Below, piece by piece: positions 1-9,250 of a stretch of DNA of 60,283 nucleotides. The translations under genes were made by a program, and so were the position numbers. Position 1 is the first letter of the stretch. Every line of letters begins with the position of its first letter. The stretch spans positions 1 to 60,283 of the forward strand of contig JAGBSX010000038.1 of NCBI GenBank assembly GCA_017631635.1, written 5' to 3'. This DNA is from Clostridia bacterium (GTDB lineage Bacteria; Bacillota; Clostridia; Christensenellales; RUG350). A model generated the notes under the pieces. The model was given only the letters and a program-made list of their open reading frames with translations. It made no database searches and was not told the origin of the DNA.

Positions 1-118
1 CAGACTCTACGTATATGAGGTCGTCAAGTCCTGCTTTTGACACTTTGTCTTTGAGTATAAACTCTGCCATAGGGCTACGACATATATTTCCTAAACAAAT
101 AAATAGAACTTTCTTCAT
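1..118 (-). CDS. Low-molecular-weight protein-tyrosine phosphatase, N-terminal part (gene runs off the window start)
   Basis: Reverse-strand ATG at 116-118 preceded by GGAG. Translation MKKVLFICLGNICRSPMAEFILKDKVSKAG... carries the CX5R-S P-loop of LMW-PTP/ArsC-like phosphatases. Confidence 0.75.
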   Translation of the reverse strand, partial: MKKVLFICLGNICRSPMAEFILKDKVSKAGLDDLIYVES

Positions 119-145
119 GTATTCTCCATAACAATATTTGTGAAT

Positions 146-1036
146 TTAGATACTGGTGACAGATATCTCTTGCTTTAGTCTTATATAGTCGCTTTTTTGC
201 ATTGGTAGAGTACCTTTGGTTAGGGTATGGCTACTGCCTGCTGATACAGCGTTAATCAGAGTGGAGGTGTGATCAAATCCATTGAGATAACTATATATAT
301 ATCCTGCTATCATAGAATCTCCTGCGCCTACCGTACTGATAGTGTCAAGTAGGGGAGATTTTGCGTAGATACAAGTTTGATTATTGATAAGTATAGCCCC
401 TGTTTTATCTAGAGAAATTAATATATTCTGCACGCCATAGTTCAACAATTGTTTGGCGTGAGAGGATATCTCCTCTGCATTGTCATACGTCTCGCCTAAT
501 ATTTTGGCTAGTTCGTATCTATTTGGTTTGATGAGTATAGGCTTTTGTTTGAGTATATCGTGTATGTCCGTAGGGTAGGTGTCTAGCACGAAGGGGATAG
601 TTAATCTAGATATGATTTTGAGCAGATAACTACTATCAATCTCTGGTGGTAGACTGCCTGAAATTAGCGCTATGTCGTGAGTTTTTGTCAATCTTGACAC
701 TTCGTCCAATAGCAATAATTGAGAGTTTTTGTCCGGTGAAAAACCTCTCTCGTTTTTCTCTGTGATATCTCCGTTATCGCATATGATTTTTAGGTTAGTG
801 CGAGTGTGAGGAGACGAGGGTATTAGTCTATTTGCGATACCTCTACTAGATAGCATATCGTCATATTGAGAGTATTCTTGTTCTCCTACGAAACCTAGCA
901 CCGTAGAATGCACTCCTAGTACCGATAGTGTGACGGCAGTATTGATGGCTTTGCCACCATAGGAGATAGTGATAGGAGTATTATTCTCTTTGACGTATTT
1001 ATCTATGGCAGGATTTAGACAAATGCATAGTACCAT
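146..1036 (-). CDS. PfkB-family hexose-phosphate kinase (1-phosphofructokinase / tagatose-6-phosphate kinase type)
   Basis: 296-aa ORF. N-terminal CLNPAIDK (FruK/LacC-type NPxxD) and C-terminal GAGDSMIAG ribokinase/PfkB signature. Confidence 0.8.
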   Translation of the reverse strand: MVLCICLNPAIDKYVKENNTPITISYGGKAINTAVTLSVLGVHSTVLGFVGEQEYSQYDDMLSSRGIANRLIPSSPHTRTNLKIICDNGDITEKNERGFSPDKNSQLLLLDEVSRLTKTHDIALISGSLPPEIDSSYLLKIISRLTIPFVLDTYPTDIHDILKQKPILIKPNRYELAKILGETYDNAEEISSHAKQLLNYGVQNILISLDKTGAILINNQTCIYAKSPLLDTISTVGAGDSMIAGYIYSYLNGFDHTSTLINAVSAGSSHTLTKGTLPMQKSDYIRLKQEISVTSI

Positions 1037-1130
1037 AACTTTCCTCGCTCGTATTTTTTTTGAAATTATAACAAATCAAGTTAATTTTGGCAAATAAATA
1101 TAGACAATTTATTATTTGTGACAATTTTAC

Positions 1131-1159
1131 TTGTAAAATTTGCAGAAGTTTTGTATAAT
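1131..1159 (+). promoter_or_regulatory. Sigma-70-type promoter upstream of polA
   Basis: TTGTAA (1131-1136), 17-nt spacer, TATAAT (1154-1159) with TG just upstream. Lies about 17 nt before the polA RBS (AGGTG). Confidence 0.5.
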
Positions 1160-1175
1160 CAAAAATAGGTGAATT

Positions 1176-3683
1176 ATGAATAAGATTGTGTTATTAGATT
1201 CCAATAGTTTGCTCAACAGAGCATATTACGCGATAAATATGGGTATGACAGATAGTATGGGTAGACCTACAAATGCAGTCTACGGATTTACTACTATGTT
1301 GCTCAAGATTATCAACGAATTGCAACCTACGCATATAGTTGCTACTTTTGACGTGCACGCTCCTACCTTCCGTAAGAAAAAGTGCGATTATTATAAGGCT
1401 ACTCGCAAGCCTATGCCTGAGGACCTACGTCCACAAGTAGATATGATCAAAGATTTGTTGCGTGCTATGTCTATACCTGTATACGAGTGTGCAGGTTGGG
1501 AAGCAGACGACGTGTTGGGTACTTTGAGCGACAAACTTGATGGTCACAAAATCATAGTGACAGGAGATAGAGATAGCCTACAATTGGTATCAAACGACAC
1601 GACCGTCTGGCTCACCAAAAAGGGTATTAGTGAAGTTATTGAATATACCCCCGATAGACTAGCCCAAGATGGACTCACGCCAAATGCTATTATCGAATTG
1701 AAGGCTTTGATGGGAGATGCATCCGACAATATAAAAGGTGCACCTGGCGTAGGTGAGAAGACTGCTATGAATCTTATCAAAGAGTATGGCAATATTGACA
1801 ATATTTATGCCAATTTATCTCTGATAAAAGGTGCTCTCTACACCAAGTTGGCTGACAACAAAGATATGGTGTACGAATCAAAATGGTTGGCTACCATAGT
1901 CAAAGATGCTCCTATTGATATAGACGTAGATGCTATGAGGCTTCGCTATCCATTTGATAGTGCAGTCAAGACTATGATGGAGGGATTATCATTTAAGTCA
2001 CTCATAGGTAGGTTGGCTTTTGAAAACAAACACGACAGCGTACAACTAGATAGAACTACCAAAGAGTTGGCATCTTTAGATGATATAGCAAATCTTTGTG
2101 ATGGACTGGCTATACTAGAGTGTGTAGACGGTATCCACGTATCTACTGACGGTATGTGTGATATGCTCATCAAAATACGCAGGTCATTATTGGACGAAGG
2201 TGTAGATTATACTGAGGCAGTAGAGGCTTTGCTCACCAAGAAAGGGATAATATTTCACGACAAATCTGCCTTTTTGAGAAAAAGTGGATTGTCATACTCT
2301 TATGATTGCCAAGACGTGCATATAGGAGCATACATCATAGATAGCAAAAATAATTATGAAAAATTTGAAGAGTTAGTACTAGAGTACGGTGAAGACGTCC
2401 AGTACCCTGCAGCAGCGCTATATATGATATGGCAAGAGGTGTCTGACAAACTCAAAGAGAGTGGTATGTACGACTTGTACAAAGATATCGAATTGCCTCT
2501 AGCAGACGTATTGCTAGACGTAGAGAGAGTTGGCTTTAGGGTGGATAAGGATATCCTAGATGAGATAAATGAGGAGTACACTCTAGAACTAGCACAATTG
2601 ACGGAACAAATCTATGAGTTGGCAGGGGAGAAATTTAACATAAATTCTCCTATGCAATTAGGCAACTTGTTGTTTGAAAAGTTAAAATTACCTGGTGGCA
2701 AGAAGACCAAGACGGGTTTTTCTTCTAGTGCAGATATATTAGAAGGTATCATAGATTTGCATCCTATAGTACCTCTGATACTCAAGTATCGTCAATTGAG
2801 TAAACTAAAGAGTACTTATCTCGATGGTATTTTGCCTCATTTGGATGCTAATTTGAGAGTGCATACCTGTCTCAAACAAACTCAAACTGTGACGGGACGA
2901 TTGTCTTCTACCGAACCTAATTTGCAAAATATCCCAGTCAGAGACAAAGAAGGAGAACGTATCAGACGTATGTTCGTAGCGTCTGAGGGCAATAAGTTGG
3001 TCGTGGCTGATTATTCCCAAATTGAATTGCGATTACTAGCACATTTTAGTCAAGACCAAGGACTGGTGGATGCATACAATCAAGGTGATGACGTGCATTC
3101 TGCTACTGCGGCGGCAGTTAACGGTGTGGATATTAGCCAAGTCACTCCAGATATGCGTAGGCGAGCAAAAGCCGTTAATTTTGGTATCATATATGGCATT
3201 AGTGGTTTTGGTCTAGCCAACAATATAGGCGTATCTCCCAAGCAGGCCAATGAATTTATTGAAAAATATTTTGACACCTACAAAAAAGTCAAGCAATATA
3301 TGACTGACTGCGTAGAGATAGCCAAAGAAAAGGGCTACGCCACCACTCTACTAGGTCGTATTCGCAAGATACCAGAACTCAAATCTACCAATAAAAACAT
3401 ACAATCATTTGGAGAGAGAGCGGCTATGAATATGCCTTTACAAGGTACTGCCGCTGATATTATCAAAGTGGCTATGCTCAAAGTCTCCAAAGCACTAAAG
3501 GATAACAATTTGAGTGCAAAATTGATACTTCAGGTTCACGACGAATTGATAGTGGATGCTCCTGTAGGAGAGGTGGATATTGTAAAACAAATTTTGAGTG
3601 ACTGTATGTCAAATGCAGTTAATTTGATAGTGCCATTAGTGGCAGACGTCGGTGTAGGCGACAGTTGGTACGAGGCGAAATAA
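1176..3683 (+). CDS. polA: DNA polymerase I (5' nuclease plus polymerase; short, apparently proofreading-deficient middle domain)
   Basis: 835 aa. The N-terminal 5'-3' exonuclease/FEN region contains GDRDSLQL and a helix-hairpin-helix GVGEKTA. The C-terminal family A region contains DYSQIELR, RRRAKAVNFGIIYG and QVHDEL. The region between them is only about 135 aa and shows no DxE ExoI motif (Taq-like size). Confidence 0.95.
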   Translation: MNKIVLLDSNSLLNRAYYAINMGMTDSMGRPTNAVYGFTTMLLKIINELQPTHIVATFDVHAPTFRKKKCDYYKATRKPMPEDLRPQVDMIKDLLRAMSIPVYECAGWEADDVLGTLSDKLDGHKIIVTGDRDSLQLVSNDTTVWLTKKGISEVIEYTPDRLAQDGLTPNAIIELKALMGDASDNIKGAPGVGEKTAMNLIKEYGNIDNIYANLSLIKGALYTKLADNKDMVYESKWLATIVKDAPIDIDVDAMRLRYPFDSAVKTMMEGLSFKSLIGRLAFENKHDSVQLDRTTKELASLDDIANLCDGLAILECVDGIHVSTDGMCDMLIKIRRSLLDEGVDYTEAVEALLTKKGIIFHDKSAFLRKSGLSYSYDCQDVHIGAYIIDSKNNYEKFEELVLEYGEDVQYPAAALYMIWQEVSDKLKESGMYDLYKDIELPLADVLLDVERVGFRVDKDILDEINEEYTLELAQLTEQIYELAGEKFNINSPMQLGNLLFEKLKLPGGKKTKTGFSSSADILEGIIDLHPIVPLILKYRQLSKLKSTYLDGILPHLDANLRVHTCLKQTQTVTGRLSSTEPNLQNIPVRDKEGERIRRMFVASEGNKLVVADYSQIELRLLAHFSQDQGLVDAYNQGDDVHSATAAAVNGVDISQVTPDMRRRAKAVNFGIIYGISGFGLANNIGVSPKQANEFIEKYFDTYKKVKQYMTDCVEIAKEKGYATTLLGRIRKIPELKSTNKNIQSFGERAAMNMPLQGTAADIIKVAMLKVSKALKDNNLSAKLILQVHDELIVDAPVGEVDIVKQILSDCMSNAVNLIVPLVADVGVGDSWYEAK

Positions 3684-4264
3684 TGAGGATAGCAATCACA
3701 GGCATAATAGGTAGTGGAAAGAGCACGGTAATCAACCTACTCAAAGAAGTAGGGGAGTTTTGTGTGTCTTGTGATGAGATAAATTCACAACTTCTACTAG
3801 ATTCTGCTTATATAAACAAATTGCAATCGGTATTTCCTAGCGTAGTAGTAGGTGGCGCGATAGACAAAGTTAAGTTGGCAAAGAGAGTATTTGGAGATAA
3901 TGAGGCTATCGAGATTCTTGAGAGTATTGCTCACCCTTTGATTATGGACAAATTAGTGTCTCTAACCGACGGCGACGGACTGTATTTTTGCGAAGTACCT
4001 ACTCTAAATAGCATTTATGCAGAACTCTTTGACGAGATATGGTATGTAGACAGTCAAGAAGACGTTATGATAAGTAGAGTGCGAGATAGAGACGGTCTAT
4101 CAGAGGGAGAAGTATTGTCTAGGCTCAGAGCACATGACAAATATAGAGGAATAAAACAACAAGCAACACTCATAATACATAATGACTCAGATTTATCAAA
4201 TCTAAAGAGTCAAGTGTATGGAGAGTTAGGCTTATTAAAGAGAAGATTTGCAAAATTATATTAA
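3683..4264 (+). CDS. coaE: Dephospho-CoA kinase
   Basis: Walker A motif IAITGIIGSGKST at the N-terminus, size about 193 aa, and the conserved polA-coaE synteny. The start is taken at the ATG overlapping the polA stop (TAATG). Confidence 0.85.
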   Translation: MRIAITGIIGSGKSTVINLLKEVGEFCVSCDEINSQLLLDSAYINKLQSVFPSVVVGGAIDKVKLAKRVFGDNEAIEILESIAHPLIMDKLVSLTDGDGLYFCEVPTLNSIYAELFDEIWYVDSQEDVMISRVRDRDGLSEGEVLSRLRAHDKYRGIKQQATLIIHNDSDLSNLKSQVYGELGLLKRRFAKLY

Positions 4265-4299
4265 TTATTACGACTGTCATCATATTCACAGTTTTAGTT

Positions 4300-4764
4300 G
4301 TGGGTATATACGCTATATTTGATGATAAGTACAGGATAGATTATTGTGATGAGATAATTTTATTATCTCAAAAGTATAATGTTAGCCCGTATCTAATATA
4401 TGCTACTATATTCGTGGAGAGTGGTTGGAACGAGGTGGCTATCTCCTCTAAGGGTGCAGTAGGGCTTATGCAAATTATGCCTAGCACGGCTGAATACGTA
4501 GCAGGCATATACAATATAAAATACGAGCATTTAACTAGTCCGTTGACAAATATTCATTTGGGTACGGCGTATCTGTCTTATTTAAGCAAAAAATTTGATT
4601 TGAACTGGACTATAGTAGCCTACAATGCCGGGGAGACTATCGTGAATACTTGGATAAAAGACGGTGTCACTTTGGCGAATATTCCATATCCCGAAACGGC
4701 AAAATATTTGATCAAGATACACTCTGCTATGCGTATTTATCAAAGGAGATATATTTTACAATAG
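4300..4764 (+). CDS. Lytic transglycosylase (SLT domain); the true start is probably upstream (see finding)
   Basis: Catalytic-Glu motif FVESGWNE, GLMQIMPSTAEY and AYNAG motifs of the SLT/GH23 family. The first canonical start is GTG 4300, but the frame is open from 4186 and encodes a transmembrane helix. Confidence 0.8.
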   Translation: MGIYAIFDDKYRIDYCDEIILLSQKYNVSPYLIYATIFVESGWNEVAISSKGAVGLMQIMPSTAEYVAGIYNIKYEHLTSPLTNIHLGTAYLSYLSKKFDLNWTIVAYNAGETIVNTWIKDGVTLANIPYPETAKYLIKIHSAMRIYQRRYILQ

Positions 4765-4771
4765 GAGTATT

Positions 4772-5416
4772 ATGAATTACGAAAAAATTATTCTCAAGAC
4801 AGCGCTAAAAACTATACTTGTATTAATACTCTCGATAAGTATTTTATTTTTTGCTACAGGCTTGCTTGCTCCTGGCGTGATAGGAGATTTTACATATAGA
4901 TTAGGGCTAACTTCGATTAGTGTACCGTACACAAAAGCACAATACGAATATACCAAAGACATCAACGATTTGGTTACCCTCATAGATAGAGCATATCATA
5001 TAGATGATTATCAGACTGTAGTAGATTATGCTGATGATATGTTTGAGCACGAGCATTATCTAGATTACGTTGATTATGAAATGGCTCAAAACAATATCAA
5101 TTATGCACAATATTTGAGTGGTATCTACGTATTGTCTTTACTTGAGATAGGAGATAGCGATACTGCTACGGATATAGTTGTCTCAAATACCAAGATTGTC
5201 GTTAAAAATGGGGAGATTATCTACACCAACGTCATCAAATATTTGGTGGCAGGTATAGACAAATATCAACCTTCTAATGAGAAGCGATCTGATATGAACG
5301 AATTTATCAATTTACATAGAATTAACGTGATTGCCACAGGGGATATATCCCTCATAGCAGACTACGAATTGGATTATCAAGTTATTTTCAATAATTTGAG
5401 AGGGGGAAATGAATAA
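4772..5416 (+). CDS. Hypothetical membrane-anchored protein
   Basis: 214-aa ORF with an AGGAG RBS and an N-terminal transmembrane helix (ILVLILSISILFFATGLLAPGV). No family signature recognised. Confidence 0.5.
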   Translation: MNYEKIILKTALKTILVLILSISILFFATGLLAPGVIGDFTYRLGLTSISVPYTKAQYEYTKDINDLVTLIDRAYHIDDYQTVVDYADDMFEHEHYLDYVDYEMAQNNINYAQYLSGIYVLSLLEIGDSDTATDIVVSNTKIVVKNGEIIYTNVIKYLVAGIDKYQPSNEKRSDMNEFINLHRINVIATGDISLIADYELDYQVIFNNLRGGNE

Positions 5417-5460
5417 AACAAGTTAGACTGCACATAATTATCATACACAAGGAGGTAATT

Positions 5461-5634
5461 ATGAGAAACGATAACGTGTGTTGTGACGTATGTAGTTGCA
5501 AGTTTAATCTAAATGGCTGTGAGTGTACACTCAATAAAATTAAGATTAGCGATGGTAGTGGAGATAAGCACTACTGTAGCAGTTATGAGTGTGATAGACC
5601 TTACAATCCCGACTGTAACTGTGGATGTCGTTAA
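5461..5634 (+). CDS. Small Cys-rich protein, DUF1540-like (57 aa)
   Basis: Below the ORF-track cutoff. AAGGAGG RBS 5 nt upstream of the ATG. Translation is MRNDNVCCDVCSCKFNLNGCECTLNKIKISDGSGDKHYCSSYECDRPYNPDCNCGCR (11 Cys). The VxCxVxxCxF...CxA..I.I......C.S pattern resembles DUF1540. An intrinsic terminator follows immediately. Confidence 0.7.
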   Translation: MRNDNVCCDVCSCKFNLNGCECTLNKIKISDGSGDKHYCSSYECDRPYNPDCNCGCR

Positions 5635-5669
5635 AAAAAACGGATTTGCATTTCGCAAATCCGTTTTTA
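5633..5669. terminator. Bidirectional intrinsic terminator shared by the two convergent micro-ORFs
   Basis: A-run, then stem CGGATTTGC / GCAAATCCG (5641-5649 / 5655-5663) with a 5-nt loop, then a T-run. Confidence 0.8.
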
Positions 5670-5701
5670 TTATTGCCCCGAGGCTATGTAGGTAGTATCC
5701 A

Positions 5702-5875
5702 TTAGCACTTAGGATGACCGCAACCGCAACAACCAGAGCATAGCAAAAGTAGGATGATAGGTAAGATGCAACCACAATTGTTTGACATACTACCACAACC
5801 ATTGCCACAGCATAGCAACAAAATGAGTATCCATACGATACAATCACAGCCCATTTGTCCATTAAAACCGTTCAT
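5702..5875 (-). CDS. Small high-cysteine membrane protein (57 aa)
   Basis: Below the ORF-track cutoff. GGAGG RBS 9 nt upstream of the ATG at 5875. Translation is MNGFNGQMGCDCIVWILILLLCCGNGCGSMSNNCGCILPIILLLLCSGCCGCGHPKC (12 Cys, two hydrophobic stretches). It resembles small Firmicute proteins often auto-annotated as chorion class high-cysteine HCB protein 13-like. Confidence 0.65.
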   Translation of the reverse strand: MNGFNGQMGCDCIVWILILLLCCGNGCGSMSNNCGCILPIILLLLCSGCCGCGHPKC

Positions 5876-5999
5876 AGTATTATTACCTCCATAAGATAAT
5901 TGAGATATTACTCTCTACTTTAACATATTCTAAAAATATTCAATTGGTTACTCATATTCGCTATAGTTGTAGCATATATTTGATAATTGAGGTATTTTT

Positions 6000-6464
6000 A
6001 TGAAATGGTTCAAAGGTTTGATAGCGTTATTGCCTACATCTGCGCTAGTACTTGTGATAGGCGTAGTACCTACTATGTGGATAGACAAATATTTGTCAAA
6101 TATCTCCTCCATAATATTACCATCTTTCGCGATAAGTGGTCTGTGGTATCAGTTTGCATTGGGCTTTTGCATGTTGCTGATAGATTTTTACGCTGTTTGC
6201 TTGGTGGTACATAATAGCAAAATCAAATCGTATATTCTACTAGGTGTAGCCGTTCTTATGCATAGCATAGGCATATATTTTACATTTGTATTTAGCATAC
6301 CGATAGTTGCTCTACTGTGTGCAGTAGTAGGGGTGGCAAGTTTTGCGATTATTTATCTAGATAGAAGTAATAAAAATATTTTTTTGGATATAATTTTAGT
6401 GATTATTCTAATTTATTATCTATATGCATTTTCTTTGGCGTACACAATATTTATGATAAATTGA
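6000..6464 (+). CDS. Hypothetical polytopic membrane protein
   Basis: 154-aa ORF with a GAGG RBS and about 4-5 hydrophobic helices. No signature recognised. Confidence 0.5.
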   Translation: MKWFKGLIALLPTSALVLVIGVVPTMWIDKYLSNISSIILPSFAISGLWYQFALGFCMLLIDFYAVCLVVHNSKIKSYILLGVAVLMHSIGIYFTFVFSIPIVALLCAVVGVASFAIIYLDRSNKNIFLDIILVIILIYYLYAFSLAYTIFMIN

Positions 6465-6489
6465 TTTTTTGCTAAAAATATCAATATTT

Positions 6490-6520
6490 ACTTGTATTTA
6501 TTATACAAGTTTGGTATAAT
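6490..6520 (+). promoter_or_regulatory. Promoter of the ECF-S-like/coaX array, with a dyad overlapping the -35
   Basis: TTGTAT (6492-6497), 17 nt, TATAAT (6515-6520) with an extended TG. A perfect 8-bp inverted repeat ACTTGTAT-n5-ATACAAGT spans 6490-6510. Confidence 0.55.
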
Positions 6521-6576
6521 ATCAAAGATAAAGTACAGATTCGATGGGTATTCTTAGAAACTCAAACGGAGGTATT

Positions 6577-7197
6577 ATGAATTCTAACAAACGCACTCAA
6601 GGTTTGGTTCGCTACGCTATGATAGCGGCAGTCGTACTAGTGGGTATATTGATAGACACTATCATATCTGCTAGTCTACCTGTTGCCACCGCTATCGCAT
6701 CTATATTGACTGTATCGGCAATATGTCAGATATTTTCTCTTAGGGAGTCTATATTTGCAGGTTTTTGCTTTGGTTTATATAGTATGATTAGAGCGATTAT
6801 CAAACCTAATTTATTGCAAACTTTGGCTAGCGCAGAGTTTTGGACGTCATTTATTAATCCTATAGTGTCCGTATTGCCTAGAGTCCTGATGGGTATAGTG
6901 ATATACCTAGTATTCAAGGCATTTGACAAGATTTTTTCTCGTTCGGACAAGCCTATAATCAACAAATATTTGGCGTCAGCATTAGCCACCACTTCTGGTA
7001 CTATTACCAATACCGTCTTGGTATTGTCTATGATGGCTCTTATGAAATTTATAACGCAAGGGCTATTGGAACTAAATATTATCGTCACTTTGTTTAGTTT
7101 TAACTTTATTATTGAGTTAGTTGTAGCGATTATAGGAGTACCGTTGCTTACTTGGGGATTGAGGAGAGCGTTTAAGCGAGGAGGTGTACAGTTATGA
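6577..7197 (+). CDS. Putative ECF-type vitamin transporter S component (PanT-like, inferred from context)
   Basis: About 206 aa with about 6 transmembrane helices and a GGAGG RBS before ATG 6577. It overlaps the coaX start (ATGA). The family assignment rests on size, topology and linkage to pantothenate kinase only. Confidence 0.4.
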   Translation: MNSNKRTQGLVRYAMIAAVVLVGILIDTIISASLPVATAIASILTVSAICQIFSLRESIFAGFCFGLYSMIRAIIKPNLLQTLASAEFWTSFINPIVSVLPRVLMGIVIYLVFKAFDKIFSRSDKPIINKYLASALATTSGTITNTVLVLSMMALMKFITQGLLELNIIVTLFSFNFIIELVVAIIGVPLLTWGLRRAFKRGGVQL

Positions 7198-7964
7198 TAT
7201 TAGTTATGGACGTAGGTAATACCAACGTCAAACTAGGAGTTTACGACGGTGATAGGTTGGCGCATACCTGGAGAGTATCGTCAAATATTACTCGTACTGC
7301 TGACGAATATGGTATAGATATCATCAATTTGTTCAAGAGTGTGGACGTAGATCCATCTTTCGTAGAAGGTGTGATTATGTCATCAGTTGCTCCATCTCTC
7401 AATTATACTTTGGAGCATATGTGTAAATATTACTTTAAGTCCAAAAAACTGCTTATGGTAGGTCCTGGTCTCAAGACTGGACTAAATATCAAGTATACCA
7501 ACCCTAGCGAGGTAGGAGCAGACCGTATAGTCAATGCAGTAGCCGCCTACAATCTATATGGAGGCCCTACTATATACGTCGATTTTGGTACGGCGACTAC
7601 GTTTGGAGTAGTATCGCAGACAGGAGAGTTTTTGGGAGGTGCTATAGCACCTGGTATCAAGAGTAGTATGGAATCACTTATCAACAATACTGCAAAGTTG
7701 CCTAGGATAGAGTTAACCAAGCCAAAAAATGCTATCAACAAGACAACCGTCACGAATATGCAAGCAGGTCTTATATATGGTTTTACAGGACTTGTAGCGA
7801 ATATAATCAAACAAATGAAAAAAGAATTGGGACTAGAGGACGTCACGGTAGTGGCCACGGGTGGATTGAGCGAACTAGTAGACAAAGAAGAGACTGGCAT
7901 CACGCACATAGACCGAACTTTGACACTCAAAGGACTCAAGATGATATACGATATGAATAACTAA
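7194..7964 (+). CDS. coaX: Type III pantothenate kinase
   Basis: N-terminal MDVGNTNVKLGVY, plus GADRIVNAVAA and ATGG motifs typical of Baf/CoaX. 256 aa. Confidence 0.9.
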   Translation: MILVMDVGNTNVKLGVYDGDRLAHTWRVSSNITRTADEYGIDIINLFKSVDVDPSFVEGVIMSSVAPSLNYTLEHMCKYYFKSKKLLMVGPGLKTGLNIKYTNPSEVGADRIVNAVAAYNLYGGPTIYVDFGTATTFGVVSQTGEFLGGAIAPGIKSSMESLINNTAKLPRIELTKPKNAINKTTVTNMQAGLIYGFTGLVANIIKQMKKELGLEDVTVVATGGLSELVDKEETGITHIDRTLTLKGLKMIYDMNN

Positions 7965-7973
7965 GGAGGCAAT

Positions 7974-9248
7974 ATGAAAAAAGTTGGAGTAGCCCTACTA
8001 GGATTAGGTACAGTAGGTGGTGGTACATACAGAATATTAGAGGCAAATCGCGAGATGATCAAGAAGTATCAAGGAGTTGATTTGACCGTAGAGCACGTAT
8101 TAGAGAAAAATTTGGAGCGTTGCAAGCAACTAGGAGTAGACGAATCAATAGTATCTACCGATATCAACAACGTGCTAAACAATCCTAAGATTAAGATTGT
8201 GGCAGAATTTTTTGGTGGTATAGAGCCTGCCAAGACTTTTTTGATCAAATCACTAGAAGCAGGCAAGAGTATAGTCACCGCAAACAAGGAGTTGGTTGCT
8301 AAATACTGGCACGAGCTAGAGGTAGCAGCCAAGAAAGGCAAAGCAGGTATATACTTCGAGGCTAGTTGCGTAGGTGGAGTACCTATCATACGTACGTTGA
8401 TAGAGGGTATGCAAGGCAACAATATACAGTCTATCAAGGGTATCGTCAATGGTACTACCAACTATATACTTACCAAGATGGCAGATACAGGCGCTAATTA
8501 TGCAGATGCTTTACGTGAGGCTCAAGAACTCGGCTATGCCGAATTCAATCCTACCGCAGATGTAGAAGGATATGACGCTAGCTACAAATTGAGTATACTA
8601 TCATCACTAGCATTTCGTACCAAAGTGCCTCTAGACAAAGTATCTAGAGAAGGTATATCCACTGTCAAGGTAGAGGATATAGAGTATGGCAAAGAGTTGG
8701 GTATGACACTCAAACTGTTGGCTATAGGCAAAAATACTAATGGCAAGATAGAGGCTAGAGTACATCCTACTTTTGTGGAGAATTCTTCTCAACTAGCCCT
8801 TGTCAAAGGTTCGTTTAATGCTGTGTCCGTAGTAGGAGATGCTGTCGGCGAGATAATGGAATACGGCAGGGGTGCAGGAGATTTGCCTACTGGTAGCGCT
8901 ATCGTTAGCGATATAGTGTATGCCGCTCTCAAGACCAGACATACCTTGTCTAATTTTAACAATACCACCGACCAAGTATCAAACCGAAAGTTTATATTTG
9001 ATTATGTCACAGAGAATTATTTGAGGGTAGACGTAGGGCTAGGAGCAAATCCAAATGCTGTCGTATCCCTACTCAAAAAACACGGTGTCAAACTATCCAA
9101 CGTGTCTATCAAACCACTAGAGGATAAAGTATCTATAGTTATGTTGACCGAGAGCATCAAGGATAGTAAACTAAACAATGCAATTTCACTACTATCAAGT
9201 ATATCGGGAGTTATAGGACTACAAGCACGTATTCGTATAGAGAGATAA
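7974..9248 (+). CDS. hom: Homoserine dehydrogenase with C-terminal ACT domain
   Basis: N-terminal Rossmann motif GLGTVGGG, the central homoserine dehydrogenase catalytic-domain region including [15 protein letters not shown], and a regulatory tail of about 80 aa. Confidence 0.9.
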   Translation: MKKVGVALLGLGTVGGGTYRILEANREMIKKYQGVDLTVEHVLEKNLERCKQLGVDESIVSTDINNVLNNPKIKIVAEFFGGIEPAKTFLIKSLEAGKSIVTANKELVAKYWHELEVAAKKGKAGIYFEASCVGGVPIIRTLIEGMQGNNIQSIKGIVNGTTNYILTKMADTGANYADALREAQELGYAEFNPTADVEGYDASYKLSILSSLAFRTKVPLDKVSREGISTVKVEDIEYGKELGMTLKLLAIGKNTNGKIEARVHPTFVENSSQLALVKGSFNAVSVVGDAVGEIMEYGRGAGDLPTGSAIVSDIVYAALKTRHTLSNFNNTTDQVSNRKFIFDYVTENYLRVDVGLGANPNAVVSLLKKHGVKLSNVSIKPLEDKVSIVMLTESIKDSKLNNAISLLSSISGVIGLQARIRIER

Positions 9249-9250
9249 CT

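Noticed and set aside
5509-5862. 117-aa - strand ORF and 60-aa + strand ORF (5513-5695) from the ORF track
   Set aside because: Both read through the intrinsic terminator hairpin at 5641-5663 and lack an RBS. The same DNA is better explained by two 57-aa Cys-rich ORFs in other frames, which have strong RBSs and end at the terminator.
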